From contig CAVWCX010000007.1 in the NCBI GenBank assembly GCA_963753595.1, positions 64,001 to 128,000 of the forward strand: a stretch of 64,000 bases of DNA, read 5' to 3'. The notes beneath the pieces are model-generated. The model did no database searches, had not been told where the DNA came from, and saw only the letters and a program-made list of their open reading frames with translations. Origin of the DNA: Candidatus Methanoperedenaceae archaeon. Lineage in GTDB: Archaea; Halobacteriota; Methanosarcinia; Methanosarcinales; Methanoperedenaceae. Each line of letters begins with the position of its first letter. Position 1 is the stretch's first letter. Both the position numbers and the translations under genes were made by a program. This document shows, in pieces, positions 21,591 through 32,300 of this stretch.

Positions 21591-21884
21591 TTATTTTGTC
21601 ATTATAATAATCATTTTTTAATCAAATAGGTATATTAGTTATGATAGTTATTATACGTATGAGCAGGCAAAATTTATTAATAACTCATTAATATTTTATT
21701 ACCCATCCTATCCACCGCCTGCTCTATCCTATCTTTTTTTTCAATTGACATTATCCAGATATATTTGATCGATGATATTAGAATAATGGGCAGGTTGGGG
21801 GTGGTGGTATTTAAAAAAAATTCCTGCCCATTGTTTTCCTACAGACACACATAATATTTAAAATATTCGACGACTCACAATGAC

Positions 21885-22691
21885 TTATTCGTTATTCAAA
21901 CCTGAAAGAATCTTCTTTCCTGCCCGTACATCTTCAACAGAGAACACCTCAAGATTATACACACCTTTAAACCTGAGTTCTTTCAAAACAGAAAAATCAA
22001 TAACTCCTGTTCCGGGCGCACTATGATGATCGCCCCAGAATTTCTCTGTCAAAAAACCCTGGTTATCGTGGATATGAACATGCTCCACATGATTTTTTAA
22101 TTCCTTTGCAAATTCCCGCAGTTTCTCCTGGTTTCCTCCGCACGTCAGGTTGGCGTGACCGATATCAAACGTAGCCCTCAAATTAGGAGAACCTGTCTCT
22201 TCGATAGCTTTTATCAATTCATTCGCGCTGATACACAGGTTATCCGGGTCAGTCCCTTCCTTATTTTCAAGTCCAAGTATAACATTCGCATCTTCGGCAA
22301 ATTTCGAAAGGCGGGACAATCCTTCAATCATGTTCCCAAATGCCCTCTCTTTATTACCATTTATCCTTCCCGGATGAATGACCACAACTCCCGACCCAAG
22401 AGCAACTGCTATCATGATACTTTCTTTCATGAGTTTCTCTGTTTTATCAGTCAACACGGCGGTATCAACAACAAGTTCGTGCGGATAATTTGGCACGTCG
22501 CTAAAATAAGGAGCATGGATAGAAGTTGACAGATCATATGATGAAAGCGTGTCTTTTAATTTGTATATCCGGGATTTGATCAGTTTTGTCCCTTCGTAAA
22601 CTTCAAGTTTAGGTATATAGAGCTCTATCGAATCAACTTCAGACTCCAATTCAGGAAGTGTTCCTGCAAACGATGATGCTCCAATTATCAT
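21885..22691 (-). CDS. Xylose isomerase-like TIM-barrel (AP endonuclease 2 family)
   Basis: SIHAP, VIHPG, LEN, TFDIGHA and HVHIHDN motifs. Confidence 0.85.
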   Translation of the reverse strand: MIIGASSFAGTLPELESEVDSIELYIPKLEVYEGTKLIKSRIYKLKDTLSSYDLSTSIHAPYFSDVPNYPHELVVDTAVLTDKTEKLMKESIMIAVALGSGVVVIHPGRINGNKERAFGNMIEGLSRLSKFAEDANVILGLENKEGTDPDNLCISANELIKAIEETGSPNLRATFDIGHANLTCGGNQEKLREFAKELKNHVEHVHIHDNQGFLTEKFWGDHHSAPGTGVIDFSVLKELRFKGVYNLEVFSVEDVRAGKKILSGLNNE

Positions 22692-22697
22692 TTTACA

Positions 22698-23402
22698 TTA
22701 TTTCTTGTTGATTTGGGCTTTTAATTTTTCAACAAGCTCTTTCTTTATTGAAGAATTGCGGTCTCCGCCGCATACGCAACCCCTGACCCCTATAATATCA
22801 GGGGAAATTCTTTTTAATGCCGGGATATCTTCGAATTTGATCGTGCCTGCAAGGGCTGTCAGGAGCCCATGGTCTCTTGAATTTGAAACGAAACTTTTGA
22901 GTTCTTCGTCAGTCAGGAATTCAAAAGTGGAACGTCCATCCTTGATACCCGTATCCATCATCACTACATCAACACCTGCTTTTTCACCGATCGCTGGCAG
23001 TTCAAATGGTGAGATGGAGTTAATTCGCTTGTAATCGGAATAACCTGAAGCCACTACGAACTTATTTTTGTCATATTCCTTTACCGAACGGACGATATTT
23101 GTAAGCATGTCCAGGGCTTGCTCCCTGGTCTGGATATCGAATAATCCGACTTTGACATAATCAGCGCCCGCCACAGCCGCACCCAGCGCTGCGAGTGATG
23201 CTGTCCCAGGCTTATAATTAAAATCCCCTATCGTTGCGCTCACTGGTACAACACCCGCTTCGTTTTTCACAGCTTTTATCATCCATGGGAAATTAGCGCC
23301 AAGTGAGCCTTCTTTCGGGTTCTTTACATCTATGATATCAGCTCCGCCTGATTTGCAGATTTTCGCTTCTTCAACATTGATTGGGCTTACAAGTAACTTC
23401 AT
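22698..23402 (-). CDS. mfnB: 4-HFC-P synthase (methanofuran biosynthesis)
   Basis: MKLLVSPIN, DIIDVKNPKEGSLGANFPW and IIGVRG motifs. Confidence 0.93.
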   Translation of the reverse strand: MKLLVSPINVEEAKICKSGGADIIDVKNPKEGSLGANFPWMIKAVKNEAGVVPVSATIGDFNYKPGTASLAALGAAVAGADYVKVGLFDIQTREQALDMLTNIVRSVKEYDKNKFVVASGYSDYKRINSISPFELPAIGEKAGVDVVMMDTGIKDGRSTFEFLTDEELKSFVSNSRDHGLLTALAGTIKFEDIPALKRISPDIIGVRGCVCGGDRNSSIKKELVEKLKAQINKK

Positions 23403-23436
23403 AATCATTAAATCAAATTGATGCACTTATACATCT

Positions 23437-24132
23437 ATGTTTCGAATTATTTTTGTATTGGACATACTTAATGGTATTGTAGTGCACGCTGTGAGGGGTG
23501 AACGGGCAAAATACAGGCCTGTAGAAAATAGCCGGATCTCTGATTCATCAGATCCGCTTGATATGATTTGTAAAATTGGGCCTTCCCAGGTATATATTGC
23601 CGATCTTGACCATATCCAGGGCTTCGGGGATAATTTTGGGGTAATAGAAAAAATCTCCCGGGAAACAAACACTATGGTGGATATTGGCGTAAAAAATATG
23701 GATGATGTCCGTAAATGTGCAAGTATTGCAGATACGGTTATCATTGGGACTGAAACCGCTTCATTGGATATCATTGAAAAAGCATCTATCGAATTTCCAG
23801 GCCGTATCAATGTGAGTATAGATATGAAAAATGGGGTCGTGCTTACAAAAGACCGTAATATGGATGTGCCGCCAGAAGAACTTATCAGGAAACTGAATGA
23901 ATTTGACCTGAAGGATATTATCATACTGGATCTGGGTAAAGTAGGAACAAGTACCGGGATAAATACGGATTTATTAAAGGAAATGGCTGGAATATCAGAA
24001 CACAAAATCCTTGTTGGCGGCGGAATAAAAGATATTGATGATATCGTTGTCCTGAAAGAATTGGGCATCGATGGCGCACTTGTGGCCACTGCTGTGCATA
24101 ATGGAAAAATACCGATAGAACTTATTCATTAA
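23437..24132 (+). CDS. HisA/HisF-related TIM-barrel protein
   Basis: VLDILNGIVVHAVRGER, YIADLD, VGGGI and LVATAVHNG motifs. Confidence 0.88.
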   Translation: MFRIIFVLDILNGIVVHAVRGERAKYRPVENSRISDSSDPLDMICKIGPSQVYIADLDHIQGFGDNFGVIEKISRETNTMVDIGVKNMDDVRKCASIADTVIIGTETASLDIIEKASIEFPGRINVSIDMKNGVVLTKDRNMDVPPEELIRKLNEFDLKDIIILDLGKVGTSTGINTDLLKEMAGISEHKILVGGGIKDIDDIVVLKELGIDGALVATAVHNGKIPIELIH

Positions 24133-24137
24133 AGAAT

Positions 24138-24503
24138 TCATTCATTGAAACACACTTTTCTATACCCGCACCCGGTACAAAATTGAGCTTTCCATTCTTC
24201 CAGAATATCGGGCAATATTGCAGAGATCATTTTCCAGTCAACGATCTCACCGGGCACGAACCCCAGCAGTCTTAGCGCTTCTTTGTCCTGGAGCAGTATC
24301 ATTTTATCCGTATATTCGTGGCTCACGCATTTTTCATCTTTAAGATGCGGGCATTTCGCGCATACCTCATCCGGTCCTGATACTATTTCCGCTTTTTCTT
24401 TCTTGAGGATTTCAAAGATATTTTTGATAAAATCTTCCGAGTAGCCTTCACCCTTGAAGAAATTAAGGCATATGAGATGATGCCCGCGAAGTTTTGATTT
24501 CAT
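24138..24503 (-). CDS. DUF1284-family protein
   Basis: LRGHHLICL...GEGYS...DEVCAKCP...CTGC. Confidence 0.85.
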   Translation of the reverse strand: MKSKLRGHHLICLNFFKGEGYSEDFIKNIFEILKKEKAEIVSGPDEVCAKCPHLKDEKCVSHEYTDKMILLQDKEALRLLGFVPGEIVDWKMISAILPDILEEWKAQFCTGCGYRKVCFNE

Positions 24504-24940
24504 AGATTCTCTCCCATAACTTCAACAGGCGTCATCACTTCCTTGTTTATGTCATAATCAGATGGATTCCATGTAATAAGGGCATCCCCATACTGTTCTG
24601 TATGCGCCCCAATAACAAAATCTGGCAGTATGCGCTTTAACGAGCGTTTATTTTTCAACAGGGTTTTTACATAAAGCTCACCTGATCTTTTTGCGATCTT
24701 TGAGGTTGTATATTTGACTTCAATATTGTTTACTGCTAAGAATCGTTGCAACCTCTTCTCTTCTTTTGCTGAATCGTTAGATAGATAAACTCCGGTAAAA
24801 AGTTCGGCATATTCTATATCAGCTATATACATCTCATGCCCTGCGTCTTTCACCCATGCAAAAAAACTGTCTGTATCATTTGAAAATTTGTCCCCTTTGA
24901 AATGACTTATGATGATATTTGTATCAAGTGAATATTTCAT
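24500..24940 (-). CDS. PIN-domain (VapC) toxin
   Basis: LDTNIII, YAEL, LPDFVIGAH and LITWN motifs. Confidence 0.88.
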   Translation of the reverse strand: MKYSLDTNIIISHFKGDKFSNDTDSFFAWVKDAGHEMYIADIEYAELFTGVYLSNDSAKEEKRLQRFLAVNNIEVKYTTSKIAKRSGELYVKTLLKNKRSLKRILPDFVIGAHTEQYGDALITWNPSDYDINKEVMTPVEVMGENL

Positions 24941-25182
24941 TTCTTTCCACGCATCCAGTTCACTATTTCAACTGCATCGTCAATTTCTTCAAACACAGGA
25001 TATTTGCGCCATGCTCCCAAGGTCTCTTTCATGACTTTATTCCAGTTCTGATCAATTTTTTCTACCTGGATTTTTCCGCGCTTATAAGAGATATCCAGGA
25101 TATCGCCGACTGAAATCTTAGCCCTTTTACGGATTTCTTCAGGAATCGTAATTTGATGTCTTCTTCCAACTTTTGTTTTCAT
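24937..25182 (-). CDS. AbrB/MazE-family antitoxin
   Basis: QITIPEEIRKRAKISVGD motif. Confidence 0.88.
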   Translation of the reverse strand: MKTKVGRRHQITIPEEIRKRAKISVGDILDISYKRGKIQVEKIDQNWNKVMKETLGAWRKYPVFEEIDDAVEIVNWMRGKK

Positions 25183-25404
25183 CTTTTCACAATAATCTTA
25201 TTGAATGCATAGGAATATATAAGTTATTCAGCTTTAATTTTTCTCTTCCCCGTCAACATCTAAAGAAGAAACAACATTCATTCATTTGATGAATGAAAAA
25301 AGAGAAACCCAGAAGAATATAAAGAGGCGTCAAATTTTTCAATAAAAATATAGCAGATGCCATTTATGGCATCCGCAATTTATTCGATCATTCCATGTTT
25401 TTTT

Positions 25405-27585
25405 TCAATTCCATCCATACTGATCGTACAGGTTCTTTGAGAATGGCAGGTCGATGCTGTTTATTTCGCTGATATCTTTAAGATCGTTCATCATGATCTT
25501 TCTTGCCGATATCGTGTAAAGCACATCATCCATGAACAATGACCTGCGAACGGCGCCGGGTGAGCCCCAGTAATAATACTGCTCCTCGAAATCATCAAAG
25601 TGCGATATCCTGCCTTTGAGTTTGAACCCGTTAAGGGTAATGTCGAAGACATAAGCCCCCTGCCATACTCGTTGCGTATAATAGCCGTACCTGTTGTCAT
25701 ATTGCTCTTTTCCAGTGACTTCTCTTACAGGTATCACAAGCAGGTTCTTCTTTTTATCAAACAGGAATGCCTTATGGTCACGAAGCGCCTCGGAATCTGT
25801 TCCTGCTGTTCCGATTTCATAAGTATCGATCTGTTTTGGATTATTGACATCTGTTACATCGAACAGTGAGAGTTTCACTCCTTTTATCGATACTCCACCC
25901 CATTCATTCTCAGCAGTTTCCTTACCCACCCCGATTATATGATTTTCATCATATAGGTGCAGATAATCTGAGAATCCCGGGATCTTAAGCTGCCCAAGAA
26001 CTTGCGGTTTAGTGGGATCTGCAAGGTCTATCACGAACAGCGGGTCCATTCTCTTGAATGTTACCATGTAGAGCCTGTTCCCGATAAATCGCGTGGAGTA
26101 AATTCTTTCATCCTGGGCGATCTTTTCCAGCTTCCCTGTGATTTTAAGGTCTTTATCCAGGACATACACATTATTGTACTGGATATTGCTGTTCATGGTC
26201 CAGAACTGTGAAGTTGTAGCGACCCTGAAATAATCCCCTGATTCATCCATGGAGAACTGGTTCAGAAGGTTTCCCGGTACTTCGCCTTTTGTCTTATATT
26301 CGATAGCGCCATTATCGATGCTTATTTTCTGGATGACCGTCTTTTCCCTTTCCTGTGCAAGTTTTATTTCAAATTCATTAACTGCATTCTGGACATCATC
26401 CTGGTATTTTTGTTTTTCTTTTTCCGTCATCCGGTTAAAAGTATCTTCCAGAATGGATGATATCTGATCCCACTTTTCATGCTGGCCAAGGTTACTGTTC
26501 TTTATCCCGTTTATCTTATCCCGGGCTTCCTGTGGAAGCAAAGGCAAAACCACCTCATAGAACCGTTCCTCACGCTGCGCTTCATAATACAATACAGGCA
26601 TATTCTTCATGTAAGTGATGTAAATATTATTCTGGGAAACATACAAATTGTCAGAATAACCCATCATGAAGGTTTTCGCATTGATGCTATCTGGTTTTTT
26701 AATATTTATAGAGGCGATCGTATGGAAAACATAATTCTGTTCCGGATTATCAAAGTAATATACATCAGGAGCCATGATCCTGGCTGAACCTTTCCTGATG
26801 GCAGGCATATCCACAAAATCATTGTAATAATAAACCGTATCTTTTGCAATGAAATATACATTATCCCCGATCATCCTTGACTGGAAATAATTGCCGCTGA
26901 TGCTGTAATTCACCACTTCCTCCGGATTTTTCCTGTTTGAGATATCATATACCAGGGCTACTGTTTTCATAGTGTCCCTTGGCCTTGGCATATAATCATA
27001 TTCCGGAATACCATAAACAGTGTCGGTATCTTCCAGAAAGACCAGGAGCCTGTCATCATTCACGAATATATCCTTTGGTCTTCCCTCGATCAATGTAGAT
27101 GAAAGGATTTTTGCATCAGATGCAGGAAATGCATCAAGTATAACAAGCTTGTTCTGCGCGATTACGTATATGTATTTTCCGTCATTCTTTACAAAATCAG
27201 CTTCATCTACACCTTCAACCTGGATATTTGTAGTTGAGTAATCTGCTGCCATGTCACCTGATGGCGCCGGACTGCTGGAAGTTACAGCATTTGCAGTTTT
27301 TGGCATTGCTGCCACAGGCATGGCCACCGTTGCTGATTCAGATATGCCCATAAAACTTTTTCCACCAAAACCATCAAATGCACCTGTACTTTGCATGCTT
27401 CTCAGGTATTCCCGCAATTCGTATGCGGATGAGAATTTCTTTAATCCTTGAGTTGACTCAAGGGTTGTGGTGGCTGTAACGTTTCCCGTATCTTTGTCTA
27501 TTGTTTTTGCGTCCTGCTGGACGCACCCGCTAAAGATCGCAATGCTTATCATTGTTAATATCAAAATCGCTGTACTTTTGTTCAA
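25405..27585 (-). CDS. Secreted lipoprotein with beta-propeller domain
   Basis: Lipobox FSGC; YSTTNIQVEGVDEADFVK, LNQFSMDE and LKIPGFSDYLH motifs. Confidence 0.88.
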   Translation of the reverse strand: MNKSTAILILTMISIAIFSGCVQQDAKTIDKDTGNVTATTTLESTQGLKKFSSAYELREYLRSMQSTGAFDGFGGKSFMGISESATVAMPVAAMPKTANAVTSSSPAPSGDMAADYSTTNIQVEGVDEADFVKNDGKYIYVIAQNKLVILDAFPASDAKILSSTLIEGRPKDIFVNDDRLLVFLEDTDTVYGIPEYDYMPRPRDTMKTVALVYDISNRKNPEEVVNYSISGNYFQSRMIGDNVYFIAKDTVYYYNDFVDMPAIRKGSARIMAPDVYYFDNPEQNYVFHTIASINIKKPDSINAKTFMMGYSDNLYVSQNNIYITYMKNMPVLYYEAQREERFYEVVLPLLPQEARDKINGIKNSNLGQHEKWDQISSILEDTFNRMTEKEKQKYQDDVQNAVNEFEIKLAQEREKTVIQKISIDNGAIEYKTKGEVPGNLLNQFSMDESGDYFRVATTSQFWTMNSNIQYNNVYVLDKDLKITGKLEKIAQDERIYSTRFIGNRLYMVTFKRMDPLFVIDLADPTKPQVLGQLKIPGFSDYLHLYDENHIIGVGKETAENEWGGVSIKGVKLSLFDVTDVNNPKQIDTYEIGTAGTDSEALRDHKAFLFDKKKNLLVIPVREVTGKEQYDNRYGYYTQRVWQGAYVFDITLNGFKLKGRISHFDDFEEQYYYWGSPGAVRRSLFMDDVLYTISARKIMMNDLKDISEINSIDLPFSKNLYDQYGWN

Positions 27586-27825
27586 ATGCTATCACCTGTT
27601 TGATAATATCGGCCCGCATAATGATAAATATATCTTTAACTTCGAATTGAATTGGAGTTATTTTTCACTGAAATTTTCCAGTGGAAACAAAGGGGTTTAT
27701 GATGCTTATTATCATTATCATATTATGGGTTTTTCAGGCATCAATTAAAAAATGAACGGATCAAAGTGTATGCAGCAATTTATTGTACAGATATTTTTTT
27801 GTATATCTTATGAAATACAAGGAAT

Positions 27826-28482
27826 ATGCGTTTTGACCTGCATATCCATTCAAACTTTTCCTCTGACAGCGGATTGACTGTCGATGACATCCTGAAAAGG
27901 GCCGTGAAAAAGGACCTTGACGGGATCGCAATATGCGACCACAATTCAGTAATGGGGAATTTTCTTGCCCGCAAGCGTGCAAAGGATCTGGATCTTCCAT
28001 TGTTGGTTATTCCCGGGGTAGAAGTCTCAACTACGCAAGGCCATCTTATCGTACTGGGGGCAAGGGGAAACATCCCCCCGAATCTATCCCCGCAGGAGAC
28101 GATCAGTATTGCAAGACAACTTGGAGGCGTTATAATAGCAGCGCATCCTTTTAAGATAAGGAGCCTGGGTGATGTGAAAGGGCTTGATGTTGATGCCATC
28201 GAGACATTCAATTCAAGATGTATATTCGGGGAGAATAAAAAAGCCGAAAAAATGGCATTGGAATTGGGAAAACCGCAAGTGGGAGGAAGTGATTCCCACA
28301 TGCTTACAACGATCGGGATAGGATATACGGAAATAGACGCAGAGCCTTATGTGGAATCAGTATTGAAAGCCATCAGGGAAGGGAAAACCCGTCCGGGTGG
28401 GAGGATCGCTCCTTTATATGTAGTAATATTCCAGGTAATGCGGGGGGTTTTACGGCGCATAAAGACAAGAGTATCCCATTAG
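27826..28482 (+). CDS. PHP-domain phosphoesterase
   Basis: DLHIHS, ICDHN, AAHP and GGSDSH motifs. Confidence 0.9.
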   Translation: MRFDLHIHSNFSSDSGLTVDDILKRAVKKDLDGIAICDHNSVMGNFLARKRAKDLDLPLLVIPGVEVSTTQGHLIVLGARGNIPPNLSPQETISIARQLGGVIIAAHPFKIRSLGDVKGLDVDAIETFNSRCIFGENKKAEKMALELGKPQVGGSDSHMLTTIGIGYTEIDAEPYVESVLKAIREGKTRPGGRIAPLYVVIFQVMRGVLRRIKTRVSH

Positions 28483-28554
28483 AAGCTCAATAGAATCCTT
28501 TTGTATTATCCATGGAAAGAGTTTTTATAATGTTTAACCAATATAAGAGACGCA

Positions 28555-29964
28555 ATGGCAGATTATGATGTAATTATAGTTGGAGGAGGAATAAGCGGGT
28601 TATTATCAGCCCTGACTCTTTCAAAGCATGGGAAGAAAGTGCTTGTAATTGAAAAGGATGATGCCGTAGGGGGCAATTGCAACAGTTACATGGTTGATGG
28701 TTTCCAGGTAGATACCGGCCCTCATGCGATCACCCACCTGAGGGAAGGCCCACTGCGCCGGTTGATGGATGAATATTTCACATATTTGCCTTTTTTTGTG
28801 GATTACGGGCACTATTATGTGCGTACAGAAAAAGGTCTTACGAAAATCCCTTCAAATATAAAAGATTTCGTTACTTTTGATGTACTTCCGAGAAAAGACA
28901 GGCTCATGCTTTCACAGGCATTAACAAAAGCTCTGACACAGATGACCTTCGGGATGCTGGATGGTGATCAGCCTGTTTACGATTACCTTCCTAAAGGACT
29001 TTCCGGGGATACATATGATTTTGTCAATGCGATCGCATATTTCCTTTCCGGGAAATCCATGAAAGACACCTCCGTAAACCGTGTATTATATGGGAGCAGT
29101 TTTGTGAGGGACAGTGTTTCCCCTGATATTTTTGAGGACGTTGAGGAAGCATCAGGTACATCTTATGCTTCAATGATAAGCGACAAAATATCAAAATACC
29201 AGTTAAAAGGCCATCTTACTTCATTAAGCAGGCTTGCCACCAATAAAGTATCTTATGCGCAGGCTTATCCTCGCGGAGGATTGAGGTCAGTATTAAAAGC
29301 TGTATTATATTCGATGCCGGAAACAGTGCAAATAAAAACAGGTTCAAGAGTAAATAGTATATTGACCGACGGTGAAAAAGCGATAGGTGTTGCTAATGAT
29401 GCTGGTTCATATACTTCGGATATGGTCGTTTATACGGGTTTTGTAAAAAGCCTGCCTTCACTTGTCGAATTACCATCAGATTATATAAAGAAACTTTCAA
29501 CTATAGACCAGACGCTGAGCCTCACTATATGGCTGGGATTAAAGGAAAAAATGAAAGAATTTGATTATACAGGCTCCGAGGTCTGGTTCAAGGGCGGTGC
29601 ATACTGGGCGATGCCAATTAGTAATTACGATGCGAGCATTGCGCCAAAAGGTAAGCAGCTAGTGGGATTTACATTTGTAATTGATGATAAAAATAATATC
29701 GAAAGTGAGAAGAAAAAGGCGCTGGAATTGATCTTCAGGGCGGTACCCGGCATAGAAAATAACATCGAAATGACCCATTACCAGGTTACAATACCCGAAA
29801 AAGCCGCAGTGACCATTAACGGATTTTTTGCAGGGACACGGTCACCGGTCAGGAATCTCTATCTGGCGGGAACTGACACCGATAGCCGCAGCATGGGAGT
29901 AACAAGGGCCGCATATTCAGTTCTTGAGATGCTAAAAGCCATGAAAGAGGACAAGAACCTCTGA
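28555..29964 (+). CDS. FAD-dependent oxidoreductase, phytoene dehydrogenase-like
   Basis: GGGISG dinucleotide fold, VDTGPH and NLYLAG motifs. Confidence 0.85.
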   Translation: MADYDVIIVGGGISGLLSALTLSKHGKKVLVIEKDDAVGGNCNSYMVDGFQVDTGPHAITHLREGPLRRLMDEYFTYLPFFVDYGHYYVRTEKGLTKIPSNIKDFVTFDVLPRKDRLMLSQALTKALTQMTFGMLDGDQPVYDYLPKGLSGDTYDFVNAIAYFLSGKSMKDTSVNRVLYGSSFVRDSVSPDIFEDVEEASGTSYASMISDKISKYQLKGHLTSLSRLATNKVSYAQAYPRGGLRSVLKAVLYSMPETVQIKTGSRVNSILTDGEKAIGVANDAGSYTSDMVVYTGFVKSLPSLVELPSDYIKKLSTIDQTLSLTIWLGLKEKMKEFDYTGSEVWFKGGAYWAMPISNYDASIAPKGKQLVGFTFVIDDKNNIESEKKKALELIFRAVPGIENNIEMTHYQVTIPEKAAVTINGFFAGTRSPVRNLYLAGTDTDSRSMGVTRAAYSVLEMLKAMKEDKNL

Positions 29965-29976
29965 ACATTTTTTTAT

Positions 29977-30294
29977 TTATTTTTTCCTATTCTTCATATA
30001 ATCCGAAAAACCTGAATTCAGGACAAAAACAATTCCAATAGTAAAAATCAAAAAACCCAGCAATTTCGTATTAGATAAGTTCTCTTTCAAAATAAGTAAA
30101 ACTCCAGTATGCAGTACCAAAAGTCCCAGTATTATCGATGTGATCTCTTTGAATTTCGGAAATAATACAAAAAATATCACGCCTGAGAGCCAGGTACCAA
30201 TACCAAGGTATTGTAAAGGAATATTCCCGGAATAAAATCCTGGAAAGAAAAAAATAGAACCAAGTACTGTTAAAAGTGCAATTTTTTTATTCAT
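29977..30294 (-). CDS. Small membrane protein
   Basis: Four hydrophobic segments. Confidence 0.6.
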   Translation of the reverse strand: MNKKIALLTVLGSIFFFPGFYSGNIPLQYLGIGTWLSGVIFFVLFPKFKEITSIILGLLVLHTGVLLILKENLSNTKLLGFLIFTIGIVFVLNSGFSDYMKNRKK

Positions 30295-30318
30295 TTAATT
30301 GCTTTGATATCAGTTAAC

Positions 30319-32205
30319 CTATATATCAAGATATGTATACCTGTTCATGACATTCTTATAATTATTTATAATTTCTTCAGCTTCCGAGCTTGATAATCCG
30401 CACTCTTTTACAGCCTGGTTTACCTCGGATTCAAATGCTGATAGAAGATAATTATTATTATATTTTACGTATCCGAGGACATCGCAATTCCTGTCGCCAT
30501 TTACTATTTGTTTGATGTGCCATTGACCACTTTCATCAACAATGATATGTGCTTCATTTGCAGAGCCGAACAAATTGTGATAATCGCCAATCGTGTCCTG
30601 GTATGCGCCGATCAGGAGGACTGCAAGATAATACGAACCATTATTCAGCTCATGAAGTTCAAGAATTTCTTTTACATCCTTCAAATCCACGAATTTGTCG
30701 ATCTCACCATCGGAATCACATGTAATATCAACTATAGTACCATACTCTGTTGGTTTTTCATTGTTCCTGCCCACAGGAACGATCGGGAACAATTGTTTTA
30801 TTGCCCAGAAATCCGGAACTGACTGGAAAACTGAAAAATTACCAATATATTTCTTGGAGAGAAGCTTATTCAGGTCGTCGAAATCATCGGATTTGTTCTC
30901 CGTTTCTTTAGCAAAGCCGATCGCTTTTTCGCACAGCTGCCAGAAAAGGATCTCTCCCATTGATTTTTCCTCCAATTCGATCTCACCGAGATTGAACAGT
31001 GAAAGAAGTTCTTCACGGTGAAGCAGGGCATCATGATAAAATTCTACATAGTTTTTTATATTTATTTCTTTAAATGCATCATATAATTCCGTTATGATAT
31101 GAGGCTCATTTCCGTGAAGTTCAACAGGGTTAGTTAATCCTCCATTCTTATTTCCCTTGATATTGATAACAAGAACGGAATGATATGAGGAAATCGCACG
31201 GCCGCTTTCTGATATTATTATGGGATGAGTTACATTTTCTTCATCGCATACTTCTTTCAGTGAATAAACTACATTATTTGCATATTCCTGGATCGTGTAA
31301 TTAGCGCTTGCATCGGATGATGTCTTGCTGCCATCATAATCAATACCAAGACCTCCGCCGATATTGAAATATTTGATGTTTATATGCTTTAATTTTATTT
31401 TTGCATAAACTCTTGCCGCTTCCTTGACCGCTTTCTGGATCCTTCTTATTTCGGTTATCTGGGAGCCGATGTGGAAATGAAGCATCTGGAGCTGGTCGAG
31501 CATATTGTATTCACGGATGATCTTTATACATTCAAGTATCTCTGTGGTTGACAGGCCGAATTTTGCGGATTCTCCACCGGATTCAACCCATTTTCCGCTT
31601 CCCTTTGAGTAAAGTTTTGCACGGATTCCTATTATCGGTTTAATATTCATTTGTTTTGCGATCTCAAGAAGGCGTTTTGTTTCGCTGAACTCATCGATCA
31701 CTATGACAACTTTATTATTCAGTTTGATGGCATTCAAACCAAGACGCAGGTATTCATCATCCTTGAATCCATTACAGATCAGAAGCGCGTCGTTGCTCAG
31801 GTCAAATGACAGCGCAGCAAGAAGTTCCGCTTTCGTCCCTACCTCAAGGCCCATATTATATTTTTTACCTGATTTGACGATTTCTTCTATTACCTCTTTT
31901 CGCTGGTTCACTTTCATAGGGAATATTCCCTGGTAAGTGCTATTATATTTATATTCTGATATTGAATTTGAAAAAGCGCCGTTCAATGTTTTTATTTGTG
32001 ACTCAAGGATTTGCGGGAATCGTAATAAAATTGGAAATTTTATTTTTTTAGACACAAGATTATCAACCACATTTTTAAGATCTATAACCTGTGCATCAAT
32101 TTTAGTTGGTTTGACAATCAAATTCCCTAATCTATTAAATGAAAAATAACCGCTTCCCCATCGCTCTATTCCATAAAGTTCTATAGCATCCTCAATTGTC
32201 CACAT
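30319..32205 (-). CDS. speA: Biosynthetic PLP-dependent arginine decarboxylase (bacterial type)
   Basis: FPMKVNQ, HFHIGSQI, GGGLGIDYDG, ESGRA, TCDSDG and GAYQ motifs. Confidence 0.93.
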   Translation of the reverse strand: MWTIEDAIELYGIERWGSGYFSFNRLGNLIVKPTKIDAQVIDLKNVVDNLVSKKIKFPILLRFPQILESQIKTLNGAFSNSISEYKYNSTYQGIFPMKVNQRKEVIEEIVKSGKKYNMGLEVGTKAELLAALSFDLSNDALLICNGFKDDEYLRLGLNAIKLNNKVVIVIDEFSETKRLLEIAKQMNIKPIIGIRAKLYSKGSGKWVESGGESAKFGLSTTEILECIKIIREYNMLDQLQMLHFHIGSQITEIRRIQKAVKEAARVYAKIKLKHINIKYFNIGGGLGIDYDGSKTSSDASANYTIQEYANNVVYSLKEVCDEENVTHPIIISESGRAISSYHSVLVINIKGNKNGGLTNPVELHGNEPHIITELYDAFKEINIKNYVEFYHDALLHREELLSLFNLGEIELEEKSMGEILFWQLCEKAIGFAKETENKSDDFDDLNKLLSKKYIGNFSVFQSVPDFWAIKQLFPIVPVGRNNEKPTEYGTIVDITCDSDGEIDKFVDLKDVKEILELHELNNGSYYLAVLLIGAYQDTIGDYHNLFGSANEAHIIVDESGQWHIKQIVNGDRNCDVLGYVKYNNNYLLSAFESEVNQAVKECGLSSSEAEEIINNYKNVMNRYTYLDI

Positions 32206-32300
32206 TTATTTAGAATTCACGTCCTCATTATTGATAAATCCAGCGCAAGAATACTTTATCAGGTTTAAACTTTTCCATCTTAGATAATAAGATATAGTAA

